Positions 27,828-37,929 are shown, counted from the first letter of the stretch. The stretch is DNA of 64,000 nucleotides from Ignavibacteriota bacterium (GCA_003327435.1 QOQV01000001.1:399917-463916); one strand, 5' to 3'. Made by a program: numbers and translations. Notes: generated from the sequence alone by a model not told the origin.

Positions 27828-29451
27828 TTTTCCTTTTTTCTATTTCTGTTTCTAATAATTTAATGGCTTCTTGTGAATAGTCAATAGAAAGCGTAAGGGA
27901 TTTGCGTGCTTGGTCTGGATTATGAAATCCGTCCGAATTCTCTGCAGTCCACCATTCCCAGAGTGTATGTGCATCAGTATGAAATCTACGAGCTTTTTGC
28001 AAAACAGAATCGGGCACACCAAAATCTTTTGCTCTTTGATAGGTATCAATGAGTTTGGCTAACCAATTTTCAGCTTTTCTCATTTTTCCACGAATGTAGT
28101 TTTGTATAGCGTCGATTTGATATTCTGCCTCTTTCTCTGTCCAGTATGTATGACAATTCAAACAAGTTTCTTTTGTCATATAACGAGAACTTTTTTGTCC
28201 GTGCCAAGTATATGTTTTCTTTCCTTTTTTAACAGTTGGCATATGGCAATGTTTACATTCAACTCCAGCCCTTTCGTGCTTGCTTCCCCAGTAAACTTCA
28301 GTTTCAGGATGTTGTATTTTGGATAAAAATGTGCCAGTCGTGGCATGCTTGAAATCTTTGAAATTTAACTCCTCCATTTTTTTATTATAATCAAATACAT
28401 TTACCCACGGAAAAATATTTGTCCTTGGATCTGCTTTGGTAACTTGAGAACTACTTCTTGTATCAATACCTGGATTACAATTATATTCAACATGACATTG
28501 TGCACATAATACATTTGAATCCTTTTTATTCAATAAACCAATCGCACGGAAATCCCGAAACATGATTTTTTTTACTGTAACAGTTTTACTTTTTTCTTTA
28601 TCATAAGGATAAGTACCTTCATTTCTATCTACAATTGCTTCAATTAATGCATCACGAATAACTCGAGGACCGGTACTGTGTGGGTCGTGGCAATGAATGC
28701 ATCCCATAGGTTGATGAGTATTACGAGCCATATCTACCACATTTGATGTCCTAGACCATTTCGCATTTTCTGAAGGCTCACCTTTATATTTCCAGTTCAG
28801 TATATGATCGCTTGTCTTACAACTGAAACATGTCGGATTTGCAGCAATCGCTGTTTGGGATAAAAAGGTCTTCTGCACATTAGAAGTTGATTCCCTATCA
28901 GCTAAAATTTCCCATGCCTTTGCAGGTTTAAGAATATTTTCCCAGCTCTTTAAATAAAATCTTCCACCAAAAGCCCGATCAACAGTAAGGAAATCTATAA
29001 ACATAAAAGCATGACTTCTTGGTTCTGCATGTTCCTTTGTAAATCCATGCGGGGAAAGTAATTTGTCGAATAACGGTGAACGACTTGTTGTTGTGGATTT
29101 TTCAACCTTTGCTTTTGATTCAAGATTTACATGAAAATACGACTCATATTGTTCCCTGTGACATCTTCCGCAATTCGAAATTTCAAGATTCGTTAATGGT
29201 TTTTTATCAGGATCATCGAGATGTTGCTGTAAATAATTATGGCAACTTGTGCAATTTTGTTTAGAATGTTTTTGTCCCTTGTAAAGTTCCTTAATCTCTT
29301 CGTGACACTCAAAACATCCTTCTTCCATAACAGTTGGGTTCTTTAGCTTGGTCGCATTCAAAATATTTTCTTTACTTATAAATTTTTCATTAAATAATAA
29401 TATTAAAATGAAAGGAATAAAGAGAATAATAATTTTCATCTTATTAACCAT
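27814..29451 (-). CDS. Octaheme cytochrome c nitrite reductase (ONR/TvNiR-like) with lysine-ligated active-site heme
   Basis: 545 aa. Signal peptide. Three N-terminal CxxCH (CFECH, CTSCH, CGRCH), then CFSCK (CxxCK), then four CxxCH (CIHCH, CAQCH, CKHCH, CLNCH). This is a 3+5 arrangement with an NrfA-like core. Confidence 0.7.
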   Translation of the reverse strand: MVNKMKIIILFIPFILILLFNEKFISKENILNATKLKNPTVMEEGCFECHEEIKELYKGQKHSKQNCTSCHNYLQQHLDDPDKKPLTNLEISNCGRCHREQYESYFHVNLESKAKVEKSTTTSRSPLFDKLLSPHGFTKEHAEPRSHAFMFIDFLTVDRAFGGRFYLKSWENILKPAKAWEILADRESTSNVQKTFLSQTAIAANPTCFSCKTSDHILNWKYKGEPSENAKWSRTSNVVDMARNTHQPMGCIHCHDPHSTGPRVIRDALIEAIVDRNEGTYPYDKEKSKTVTVKKIMFRDFRAIGLLNKKDSNVLCAQCHVEYNCNPGIDTRSSSQVTKADPRTNIFPWVNVFDYNKKMEELNFKDFKHATTGTFLSKIQHPETEVYWGSKHERAGVECKHCHMPTVKKGKKTYTWHGQKSSRYMTKETCLNCHTYWTEKEAEYQIDAIQNYIRGKMRKAENWLAKLIDTYQRAKDFGVPDSVLQKARRFHTDAHTLWEWWTAENSDGFHNPDQARKSLTLSIDYSQEAIKLLETEIEKRKNVGN

Positions 29452-29472
29452 ATTAATATTCCCTCATATAGT

Positions 29473-30831
29473 TTAAAACATTAACATTGTTGTGAAATAA
29501 CCCCATTGTGAAACATCATATGAATTAAATTTCTTTTGCATAAATTTTCCAGGTAAAAATAATCCGCCACCAATTTCAAAATTCAAGTAACTATTATATT
29601 TCCAGTTTAACACTATATCCAATTCCTGTCCTACTTTATTTTCACCATCAAGATATTCACTCAAATTAAAATTATGGGCGATAATATTTGCTTTTACATT
29701 ATCAGAAAGTTTGAAATCAAGCCTCGCAAAGATATCCTGAATACCTTTACCATCAGTATGTAGAGGAATATTTATAAAATAATCCATATACCCGAAAAAC
29801 TTATGTCCTGTAGGATATGGTAATTCAAATGTTTTATATTTTGTTTCAGATGTCTTTGTGCCAGAAAATCTTTCTAAAGAAATCGACAATGATGATAAAA
29901 TGCTTCTTTCAAATGAATAACTCAATGTAAGTCCAAACATATAAGCGGAAATATCCTTTCCTTGTCTCCATCCATACTGATAGGCAACGTCTGTTTCATA
30001 AGATAATTGATTTGATAATTTACCTTTACCGTACAAACCACTTGTAAATCGGGATAAATCATTATAACCAGGTACAGTTACTCTCTTATCTAATTGATGA
30101 TATGTAAAAATTTCCCAGAGATGATCTGAAAAGTATTTAGTGGAAAAATTAAATCCACTAAACAACTGGCCTTCATCGCGAACAAATTTTACCTCGGTTG
30201 GTATAGCAGCTGATGGAACGACATTGGTTTCAGCAGTATTCATCAGAAATACGTCTAATTTATGTTTATCAACTTCATATCGTATTAAACCACCGTCAAA
30301 AACTCTACCTATATTATTCCATCCTACACCACCAACAAATCTTTCATTAGCATAAGTTAGGCGTTGTCTTCCAACTTTGAGAGTTAATCCATCAACAAGA
30401 AATTTATCAACTTGAATATATGCTTGATGTAGATCCAGATTTTTAGTATTTGAAACCGTATTAAAATTATTTCTAGCATCCCTCTCTTCTCCGAAGATGC
30501 GCGAATCCTGAACTTGAAAATAGAACTTAAGATTTTCAATCGGTGATATTTCTGCTCCCAAGCGTGCTCGTAAAAGTGTGAAGTAATTTGGTGGTGTAGA
30601 ATTATTAAAATCGCGATTATCTAATTCACTTCTTACTCTAAGCTCACCATCCCATTTCATAGTTTGAGCAGGCAAAATATTAAATAAAATTAGGAAAAGC
30701 AAGAAAAATTTTATTAATATTCTCATTTTTAAAATCCTTAATTTATTAAGATAATTTTGTCTTAATATAAAAACTATTATATTAAAAATCAAGTAATTTT
30801 TGGAAGTCAAACTTGGATTTACTATTTTCAA
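29473..30831 (-). CDS. Outer-membrane beta-barrel porin (Alginate_exp-like family)
   Basis: 452 aa (the true start is probably the internal Met of KMRILIKFFLLFLILFNILPAQT, near 30726-30729). N-terminal WDGELRVRSE beta-barrel signature. C-terminal aromatic residue (F). Confidence 0.6.
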   Translation of the reverse strand: MKIVNPSLTSKNYLIFNIIVFILRQNYLNKLRILKMRILIKFFLLFLILFNILPAQTMKWDGELRVRSELDNRDFNNSTPPNYFTLLRARLGAEISPIENLKFYFQVQDSRIFGEERDARNNFNTVSNTKNLDLHQAYIQVDKFLVDGLTLKVGRQRLTYANERFVGGVGWNNIGRVFDGGLIRYEVDKHKLDVFLMNTAETNVVPSAAIPTEVKFVRDEGQLFSGFNFSTKYFSDHLWEIFTYHQLDKRVTVPGYNDLSRFTSGLYGKGKLSNQLSYETDVAYQYGWRQGKDISAYMFGLTLSYSFERSILSSLSISLERFSGTKTSETKYKTFELPYPTGHKFFGYMDYFINIPLHTDGKGIQDIFARLDFKLSDNVKANIIAHNFNLSEYLDGENKVGQELDIVLNWKYNSYLNFEIGGGLFLPGKFMQKKFNSYDVSQWGYFTTMLMF

Positions 30832-30837
30832 AATAAG

Positions 30838-33621
30838 ATGGATAAAAGGTTATTTTTAATAGACGGTAATGCAATAGCTTATAGAGCATATTACACCTTT
30901 AAGCAAAGGCCTTTATTTTCACCTACCGGTGAACCAACTGGCGCAGTATTTGGTTTTACAAACACTTTACTAAAAATTCTGGAAGATGAAAAACCTGATT
31001 ATATAGCCGTTGCATTCGACCGACCTGAACCGACATTCCGACATAATATGTACACTGAATACAAAGCCACACGCCAAAAAATGCCTGAAGATATGATTAT
31101 ACAACTAAATCGTATTAAAGAAGTGGCTGAAGCTTTTTCAGTTCAAATAATTGAAATACCTGGATATGAAGCTGACGATATTATTGGAACAATCGCCAAA
31201 ATTGCAAAAAATCAGAACATAGAATCATTTCTGGTAACAAGTGATAAAGATTTTATGCAACTCGTGGATGATATGATAAAAATTTATAAACCAGGTAAAA
31301 AAGGAAATGAATGGGAAATAATTGATCCCAACGGAGTATTAAAGTACTTTGGTGTGCATCCAGACAAAGTCATAGATGTACTTGGGCTTTCAGGTGATAC
31401 TTCAGACAATATTCCTGGCGTACCCGGCATAGGAGAAGCAACAGCAACATCGCTCATACGAAAATATGGAACAATTGAAGATATTTACAACAACATTAAC
31501 AAAATTGAGAAGCAATCCCTGAAAGCAAAACTACTTCAAAATAAAGAAAATGCATTCCTATCCAAGAAACTTGTTACAATCAATACAAATGTACCTTTAA
31601 ACATAGACATCCAGCAATTGAAAGTCCGGGAAAAGAACTCAGATAAAGTTATTGATCTATTTACTGAATTAGGATTTAAATCACTACTTAAAAAACATAT
31701 AACTGATACTCATCAGGCAAAAAGTAAAGAACCAAATCAAACTATAGCAGAAGATATTTCCGTAAATTATAAAATTATTAAAACATCTGAGGAATTAAAA
31801 CTATTAAGTGAAACACTAAAAAGTTCAAAATTCTTCGTATTCGATACTGAGACAACGAGTAAGGATCCACATAATGCAAAATTGATAGGACTTTCTTTTT
31901 CAATCCAACCTAAATCAGCTTTCTATGTTCCTATAAGATATGACTTAACCGAAATAGACGAATATGGTCCACTATTCAATTCAAAGAATGAAATTTCTGA
32001 TAATCAACAAACTGTTGGATTTGATATTTCAGAAATTTATAGCTTATTCAATAATATTTTTAGAGATCCCGAAATTAAAAAGTGCGGACAGAATATAAAG
32101 TACGACCTGTTAGTTTTAAAACGTTATGGTTTTGACTTTAATGGCATCAGCTTTGACACAATGGTAGCCAATTATGTTTTAAGACCGGATGCAAACCACA
32201 GCCTTGATGATATGGCAATACAACATCTTAATTATCGTACAATGACTTATGAAGAAATGCTCGGGAAGCAAAGTGATATCAGGGAAGTTCCTTTAGATAG
32301 GATTGCACTATATTCCGCCGAAGATGCAGATATAACGATGAGGTTGTATATCGTCTTAAAAGAAAAATTAGAAAAAGACAATTTAATCTCCCTCTGTGAA
32401 AAAATTGAATTTCCCTTAATCACAGTTTTAACTGAAATGGAATACACTGGTTTCAAACTTAACAAAGAATACTTGATGGAATTATCAAAAAAGCTGGATA
32501 TTTTGCTAACTGAATATTTAGAACAAATATACCACCTTGCTGGGAGAAGATTCAATGTAAATTCAACACAACAACTGAGTAAAGTGCTTTTTGATGAGCT
32601 CAAATTGTCACCTGTAAAGAAGACCAAAACAGGTCATTCCACAGATGTAAGTGTTCTGGAATCATTAAGAAACAAACACCCGATAGTTGAAAAGCTACTC
32701 GAATACAGAACCGTGTCAAAAATAAAATCAACGTATGTTGATGCTTTACCAACTCTAATTAATCCCAAAACCGGGCGTGTACATACATCTTTCAATCAAA
32801 CAATTACATCAACAGGCAGATTATCGAGTAGCAATCCCAATTTACAGAACATCCCAATCAGGACCGAATTAGGAAGAGAAATAAGGAAAGCATTTATAGG
32901 AGAAAATTCAGATTGGAAAATAATATCTGCTGATTATTCGCAAATTGAGCTCAGAATAATGGCTCATATATCTGATGATCCGGGGTTTAAAGAAGCATTT
33001 GTCAAAGGAGAAGATATTCATTCCAGTACAGCTGCTAAAGTATTTGGGTACACACTTGAAGAATTTAATCAGCTTTCGAAAGAATTAAAACAAGAGCTCA
33101 GAAGGAAGGCAAAAGAGATTAATTTTGGAATAATGTATGGATTAGGTGCTTATGGTTTAGCAAATCGATTGGGAATATCTAATGAAGAAGCAAAGGAAAT
33201 TATTGACAGATATCATTTTAGGTTTCCAAATGTAAAAAAATATATGGATGATACTATCAAATTTGCACGCTCAACAGGTTATGTAGAAACACTCTTAGGC
33301 AGAAGAAGATATTTTCCTGAAATCAACAGTCAGAATAAAACTGTGCGTAGTAATGCGGAGCGGCAGGCGATCAATATGCCAATTCAAGGAACAGCCGCAG
33401 ATATGATAAAATTAGCAATGATAGAAATTTACAGGGAAATCAAAGATAAGCCGATAAGAATGCTATTACAGGTTCATGATGAATTGGTATTCGAAGCCAG
33501 AAGTGATTATCTGGACCAGGCAAAGGAAATAATTAGCGATAAAATGAAGAATGCCATAAAATTAAGTATTCCTGTTGAAGTGGAGATTGGAATTGGAAAC
33601 AATTGGTACGAAGCGCATTAA
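30838..33621 (+). CDS. polA: DNA polymerase I
   Basis: 927 aa. 5'-3' exonuclease N-terminus and 3'-5' exo domain. Pol motif A DYSQIELRI, motif B RRKAKEINFGIMYG, motif C QVHDELVFE. Confidence 0.95.
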   Translation: MDKRLFLIDGNAIAYRAYYTFKQRPLFSPTGEPTGAVFGFTNTLLKILEDEKPDYIAVAFDRPEPTFRHNMYTEYKATRQKMPEDMIIQLNRIKEVAEAFSVQIIEIPGYEADDIIGTIAKIAKNQNIESFLVTSDKDFMQLVDDMIKIYKPGKKGNEWEIIDPNGVLKYFGVHPDKVIDVLGLSGDTSDNIPGVPGIGEATATSLIRKYGTIEDIYNNINKIEKQSLKAKLLQNKENAFLSKKLVTINTNVPLNIDIQQLKVREKNSDKVIDLFTELGFKSLLKKHITDTHQAKSKEPNQTIAEDISVNYKIIKTSEELKLLSETLKSSKFFVFDTETTSKDPHNAKLIGLSFSIQPKSAFYVPIRYDLTEIDEYGPLFNSKNEISDNQQTVGFDISEIYSLFNNIFRDPEIKKCGQNIKYDLLVLKRYGFDFNGISFDTMVANYVLRPDANHSLDDMAIQHLNYRTMTYEEMLGKQSDIREVPLDRIALYSAEDADITMRLYIVLKEKLEKDNLISLCEKIEFPLITVLTEMEYTGFKLNKEYLMELSKKLDILLTEYLEQIYHLAGRRFNVNSTQQLSKVLFDELKLSPVKKTKTGHSTDVSVLESLRNKHPIVEKLLEYRTVSKIKSTYVDALPTLINPKTGRVHTSFNQTITSTGRLSSSNPNLQNIPIRTELGREIRKAFIGENSDWKIISADYSQIELRIMAHISDDPGFKEAFVKGEDIHSSTAAKVFGYTLEEFNQLSKELKQELRRKAKEINFGIMYGLGAYGLANRLGISNEEAKEIIDRYHFRFPNVKKYMDDTIKFARSTGYVETLLGRRRYFPEINSQNKTVRSNAERQAINMPIQGTAADMIKLAMIEIYREIKDKPIRMLLQVHDELVFEARSDYLDQAKEIISDKMKNAIKLSIPVEVEIGIGNNWYEAH

Positions 33622-34136
33622 TCATTTATTTGTTTTCTCTTTTTCAACAACATACCAAGCCCAAGAATTATTAAAACAACAGGCCAGTAAGTTTTGATGA
33701 CTGACCTTACATTGAACCAATCGAAATAACCGAAATCTTCTAATATTAAAAAAAATCCCGATGATATTAACATTACACTAAGTATAAGTGATATTACATC
33801 TCTGAGATTGTTGATATAAGTGGTTAGGAATGCAAATCCAAAGATTAAAAAAACAGCAGGTATAAAAATACGATGACGAAACTCAAAAAAGTCCAGTGTA
33901 TTCAATAAAAAATACAATGAGAACAAAAATATTACTGTTCCCCAGAAAATCTTTCCTCTCTGATTATATTTATAACCGCGAATTGTATGAACGAAACCAA
34001 ATAAAATCAAAACACCCCAAATTATCTGTGAAAAATGAACATTTATTATATTTGTTCTATTCAAAAGTAAAGTTAAACCCAATATAATTAGAATTATACC
34101 AGTCCAGGGAATCTGTTTTTTTATTTCATCATTCAT
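33618..34136 (-). CDS. Hypothetical polytopic membrane protein (likely partner of the PspC-domain protein)
   Basis: 172 aa, about 5 TM helices; overlaps the polA stop convergently; no catalytic motif. Confidence 0.5.
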   Translation of the reverse strand: MNDEIKKQIPWTGIILIILGLTLLLNRTNIINVHFSQIIWGVLILFGFVHTIRGYKYNQRGKIFWGTVIFLFSLYFLLNTLDFFEFRHRIFIPAVFLIFGFAFLTTYINNLRDVISLILSVMLISSGFFLILEDFGYFDWFNVRSVIKTYWPVVLIILGLGMLLKKRKQIND

Positions 34137-34147
34137 ATAAAACTCCT

Positions 34148-34813
34148 TTATATGTTTTCTTTTTCTTGTGGCATGACAATAGCAAGTATTATATACAAAA
34201 ACAAGCCCAAACCGAGAGAACTTAGAGTAATTAAAACAAATATTAAACGAACAATCGTTACATCAATTTCTAAATATTCTGCTATACCAGCACATACACC
34301 TGCTAACTTTTTATCTTTTCGGGATTTGTGTAAGATCTTTTTTGTTCTTGGTATTTCCTCACTTTTTATATCACCAATATCAGCTTGTGGTTCAATTTTG
34401 GAGATCGGATTTTTAACCTGATTAATTATTAAAAATATTCCAATAATTATTAGGATTATTGAAATTAATGTTCCCCACGACATAAAATCCCACCAACTGA
34501 AAAAATCATATAGGGGTATTAGCCCTAAATTTTTAAGTAATAAAAATAAGCCCAAAATTAATATAATAATACCCCAGGTCTTTGATTTATCCGAATTTGT
34601 CCTATTTTTTGTCTGAAAAGGATTAACTGGCACCATTATCCAAGCAAGTAGATAAAAAATTATTCCAGTTCCACCTATGAGGATTAACAGAATAAAAAGT
34701 AAACGAATAATAATAGCATCGACTTTTAAATATTCAGCGATACCTCCACATACACCTGCGATCCATTTATCATTTATGGATCTATACAATTTTTTAATTT
34801 CACCATTTTCCAT
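34148..34813 (-). CDS. PspC-domain membrane protein (two PspC repeats)
   Basis: 221 aa. Two copies of the PspC signature (GVCGGIAEYLKVDAIIIRLLF and GVCAGIAEYLEIDVTIVRLIF), each followed by a TM segment. Confidence 0.75.
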   Translation of the reverse strand: MENGEIKKLYRSINDKWIAGVCGGIAEYLKVDAIIIRLLFILLILIGGTGIIFYLLAWIMVPVNPFQTKNRTNSDKSKTWGIIILILGLFLLLKNLGLIPLYDFFSWWDFMSWGTLISIILIIIGIFLIINQVKNPISKIEPQADIGDIKSEEIPRTKKILHKSRKDKKLAGVCAGIAEYLEIDVTIVRLIFVLITLSSLGLGLFLYIILAIVMPQEKENI

Positions 34814-34865
34814 AAAATTTTTCTAATTTTTATTCAACTCTACGAGTATTACTATTTAATGTTTC

Positions 34866-34904
34866 ATGAGAAATAAAAAGCCATAACTTTGAAAAGTTAT
34901 GGCT
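34866..34904 (-). terminator. Rho-independent terminator after frr
   Basis: Hairpin gccataactt(34880-89)/aagttatggc(34894-903), loop tgaa; on the minus strand followed by tttttatttc. Confidence 0.6.
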
Positions 34905-34929
34905 CTATTGTACTAAAATAAAAATATCT

Positions 34930-35487
34930 TCAAACTTCCATAATCTCTTTTTCTTTCAATGCAACAAGATTATCAATTTCTTTTATATATTTTTCTACTA
35001 ATTTTTGTACCTCTTCTTCTCCTCTTTTTCTTTCGTCCTCCGAGAAATGTTCTTCTTTCTCAGATTTCTTTAAGTGTTCAATAGCATCCCGCCTCACATT
35101 TCTTAAAGCAATTCTTCCATCCTCTGCAAATTTCTTGATTAATTTTACTAAATCTTTTCTCCTTTCTTCATTTAGAGGAGGTATTGGTACTTTGATTACA
35201 TTTCCATCGTTTATTGGATTTAATCCCAAATTTGCAGTAAGAATAGCTTTTTCTATCGGAGCAATCATTCCTTTTTCCCATGGAGTTACTGTGATGAGCC
35301 GAATATCTGGAGTACTAACAGTAGCCACCTGATTTAATGGCATCATTGTACCGTAATATTCGACTTTAATTCCGTCTAAAAGTGCAGTTGTTGCTTTACC
35401 GGTTCGAATTTTAACAAATTCCTGTCGAACCACATCGACTGCTTTTTTCATTTTGTGTTCGGCTTCTTTTAAAATATCTTTAACCAT
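34930..35487 (-). CDS. frr: Ribosome recycling factor
   Basis: 185 aa; canonical RRF sequence. Confidence 0.95.
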   Translation of the reverse strand: MVKDILKEAEHKMKKAVDVVRQEFVKIRTGKATTALLDGIKVEYYGTMMPLNQVATVSTPDIRLITVTPWEKGMIAPIEKAILTANLGLNPINDGNVIKVPIPPLNEERRKDLVKLIKKFAEDGRIALRNVRRDAIEHLKKSEKEEHFSEDERKRGEEEVQKLVEKYIKEIDNLVALKEKEIMEV

Positions 35488-35517
35488 AATACCTCAAAAT
35501 TAGTTATAAAAATTAAT

Positions 35518-36234
35518 TTATAGATTCTGTACCAAAGTTCCAATTTTTTCACCAAGTACAAGTTTTTTCAAATTTCCGGGTGTATTCATATCAAAAACTA
35601 TAATTGGTAGGTCATTTTCTCGACAAAGTGTTATTGCGGTTAAATCCATAACTTTCAGTTCTTTATTAATTACATCCAGATATGAAATTTCGGGGAACTT
35701 AATTGCATTAGGATTTTTTTCAGGATCAGAATCATATACACCTGAAACTCTTGTACCCTTTAGAATGACATCAGCTTGAATTTCAATTGCTCTGAGCGCA
35801 GCAGCAGTATCTGTTGTAAAATAGGGATTACCTGTGCCAGCTCCAAAAATAACAACTCTTCCTTTTTCTAAATGTCGGATTGCTCTACGGCGAATAAATG
35901 GCTCTGCTATTTGTTCCATTTTTATTGCGCTTAAAAGTCTGGTATAAATTCCTATATGCTCAAGTGCACTTTGTAATGCTAAGGCATTAATTATAGTTGC
36001 AAGCATTCCCATTTGATCACCAGTAACCTTATCAATACCATCGGATGAGTTTCCAACACCTCGATAAATATTACCACCGCCTATCACAATTCCGACTTCA
36101 ATTCCAAGTTCCTTCACGCTTTTGATTTCATTTGCGTATTGCTTCAGCATTTCAGGATCAATACCAAATTCCTTTTTCCCCATTAGGGATTCACCACTCA
36201 GTTTCAGGAGTATTCTTTTGTATTTAGGTTTCAA
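35518..36234 (-). CDS. pyrH: UMP kinase
   Basis: 238 aa; amino-acid-kinase fold, [11 protein letters not shown]-terminus and GGGNIYRG. Confidence 0.95.
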   Translation of the reverse strand: MKPKYKRILLKLSGESLMGKKEFGIDPEMLKQYANEIKSVKELGIEVGIVIGGGNIYRGVGNSSDGIDKVTGDQMGMLATIINALALQSALEHIGIYTRLLSAIKMEQIAEPFIRRRAIRHLEKGRVVIFGAGTGNPYFTTDTAAALRAIEIQADVILKGTRVSGVYDSDPEKNPNAIKFPEISYLDVINKELKVMDLTAITLCRENDLPIIVFDMNTPGNLKKLVLGEKIGTLVQNL

Positions 36235-36255
36235 TTTAATTCCTACTTTTAAATG

Positions 36256-36285
36256 TTAAAAAAAAGTCCGCCTGAATGCGGACTT
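36256..36285 (-). terminator. Rho-independent terminator after tsf
   Basis: Hairpin aagtccgc(36264-71)/gcggactt(36278-85), loop ctgaat; the minus strand then reads tttttttaac. Confidence 0.6.
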
Positions 36286-36291
36286 GTTAGA

Positions 36292-37137
36292 TCATTTAAT
36301 TTCACCGAGCTGGTATCTCTCAAATTGCTTCAACTTCAGATTTCCGCCAGCTTCGGTTATAACATCTTTGATTGTTTTTCCTGGATCTTTTATGAACACC
36401 TGTTCATATAAACACATTTCCTGGAAATATTTTTCTAAACGTCCATTAGCAATTTTTTCCAGGACTTGTTCAGGTTTTCCTTCATTCCGGGCTTGAGTCT
36501 TATAAATTTCAATTTCTCTTTCGATAATATCTTTTGATACCTGGTCACGAGATATAAATTGGGGATTCATAGCTGCAATTTGCATAGCAATATCACGGCC
36601 AACAAGCTCAGCCTTTTGAGGATCACCTTCAAATTCGACAAGCACGCCTATTTTACTTCCCATATGAGTGTAAGATGATATGTATCCGTTGTTAGACTTA
36701 AGAATTTTATATCTTCTAACTTCAATCTTTTCACCGATCTTAGCCATCAAATCATTGAGATATTGAGAAATGCTGATATTATCAGAATTTTTTAAATCAA
36801 GGAGTGCTGTTAAATTTTCTGGTTTTTTTACGGAAATAAGTTCAGCAGTGGAATTTGCGAAATCAACAAAATCTTTACTTCTTGCAACAAAGTCGGTCTC
36901 ACAATTAACTTCAAGTATAACTCCAAGTGTATTATTCTCATCGACTCTCGCGACAACAATTCCCTCTTTAGTACTTCTATCAGCACGTTTTTGTGCTGTG
37001 GCTGCACCTTTTTTCCTTAAATATTCAATAGCTTTCTCAAAATCTCCATTTGATTCTTCGAGTGCCTTCTTACAATCCATCATTCCGGCACCGGTTTTTT
37101 CTCTCAATAATTTTACTTGTTCACTTGTTACTGCCAT
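36292..37137 (-). CDS. tsf: Elongation factor Ts
   Basis: 281 aa; EF-Ts N-terminal UBA-like VKLLREKTGAGMMDCKKAL. Confidence 0.95.
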   Translation of the reverse strand: MAVTSEQVKLLREKTGAGMMDCKKALEESNGDFEKAIEYLRKKGAATAQKRADRSTKEGIVVARVDENNTLGVILEVNCETDFVARSKDFVDFANSTAELISVKKPENLTALLDLKNSDNISISQYLNDLMAKIGEKIEVRRYKILKSNNGYISSYTHMGSKIGVLVEFEGDPQKAELVGRDIAMQIAAMNPQFISRDQVSKDIIEREIEIYKTQARNEGKPEQVLEKIANGRLEKYFQEMCLYEQVFIKDPGKTIKDVITEAGGNLKLKQFERYQLGEIK

Positions 37138-37895
37138 TACTCTTCGTCCTTTTCTGTTACTTTTTGTTGTTCAAAATTTTCTTCAATTTCTTCACCTTCA
37201 TATTGAGCAGAAATCATTTCTTTACCTTCATTGACGGCATCTGCGATAATACGAGTTATTAGCTGTATAGATTTAATCGCATCATCATTTGCTGGAATAG
37301 GATAATCAATGGGAGTTGGGTCTACATTGGTGTCGACGATAGCAAAAACTGGTATGCGTAATCGTTTTGCTTCAGAAACTGCAATCGCTTCCTTTTTGAT
37401 ATCCACGACATATAAAGCACCAGGTAATCGACTCATATTAGCAACACCATAAAGCACTTTCTGTAATCTTTCTTTTTCTCTTTGAAGATGCAAGACTTCC
37501 TTTTTTGTAAGTTTATCGAAAGTGCCATCTGTTTCCATCTTCTCGATGTTATTAAGTCGCTTAACACTTTTCCTGATGGTTGTGAAGTTTGTTAACATAC
37601 CGCCGAGCCAGCGCTCAGTTACATAAAACTGGCCACATCTTTCAGCTTCTTCGCGGATAACATCTTTTGCTTGTTTTTTTGTACCTACAAAAAGAACCCT
37701 CTTACCTTCAGAAACAAGTTTTGCGAGAGCATTACCAGCTTCTTCGATAAGTTGTTGGGTCTTTTTAAGATCAATAATATGAATCCCATTTTTCTCCATA
37801 AAGATGAATGGCTTCATTTTGGGATTCCAGCGGTGAGTCAGGTGTCCAAAGTGAGCACCTGCATTTAACAGATCATTTAATTCAACACGAGGCAT
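37137..37895 (-). CDS. rpsB: 30S ribosomal protein S2
   Basis: 252 aa; S2 family throughout (GAHFGH, VDTN). Confidence 0.95.
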   Translation of the reverse strand: MPRVELNDLLNAGAHFGHLTHRWNPKMKPFIFMEKNGIHIIDLKKTQQLIEEAGNALAKLVSEGKRVLFVGTKKQAKDVIREEAERCGQFYVTERWLGGMLTNFTTIRKSVKRLNNIEKMETDGTFDKLTKKEVLHLQREKERLQKVLYGVANMSRLPGALYVVDIKKEAIAVSEAKRLRIPVFAIVDTNVDPTPIDYPIPANDDAIKSIQLITRIIADAVNEGKEMISAQYEGEEIEENFEQQKVTEKDEE

Positions 37896-37929
37896 ATTTA
37901 ATTTTTACTCCTTTTATTTGTTAAACTTC

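Noticed and set aside
30750-30805. AT-rich palindromes (CTTAAT-tt-ATTAAG; TTAATATAA-N6-TTATATTAA) in the porin/polA divergent region
   Set aside because: Pure A/T palindromes of this size are expected by chance in a roughly 33% GC genome; there is no supporting repeat elsewhere.
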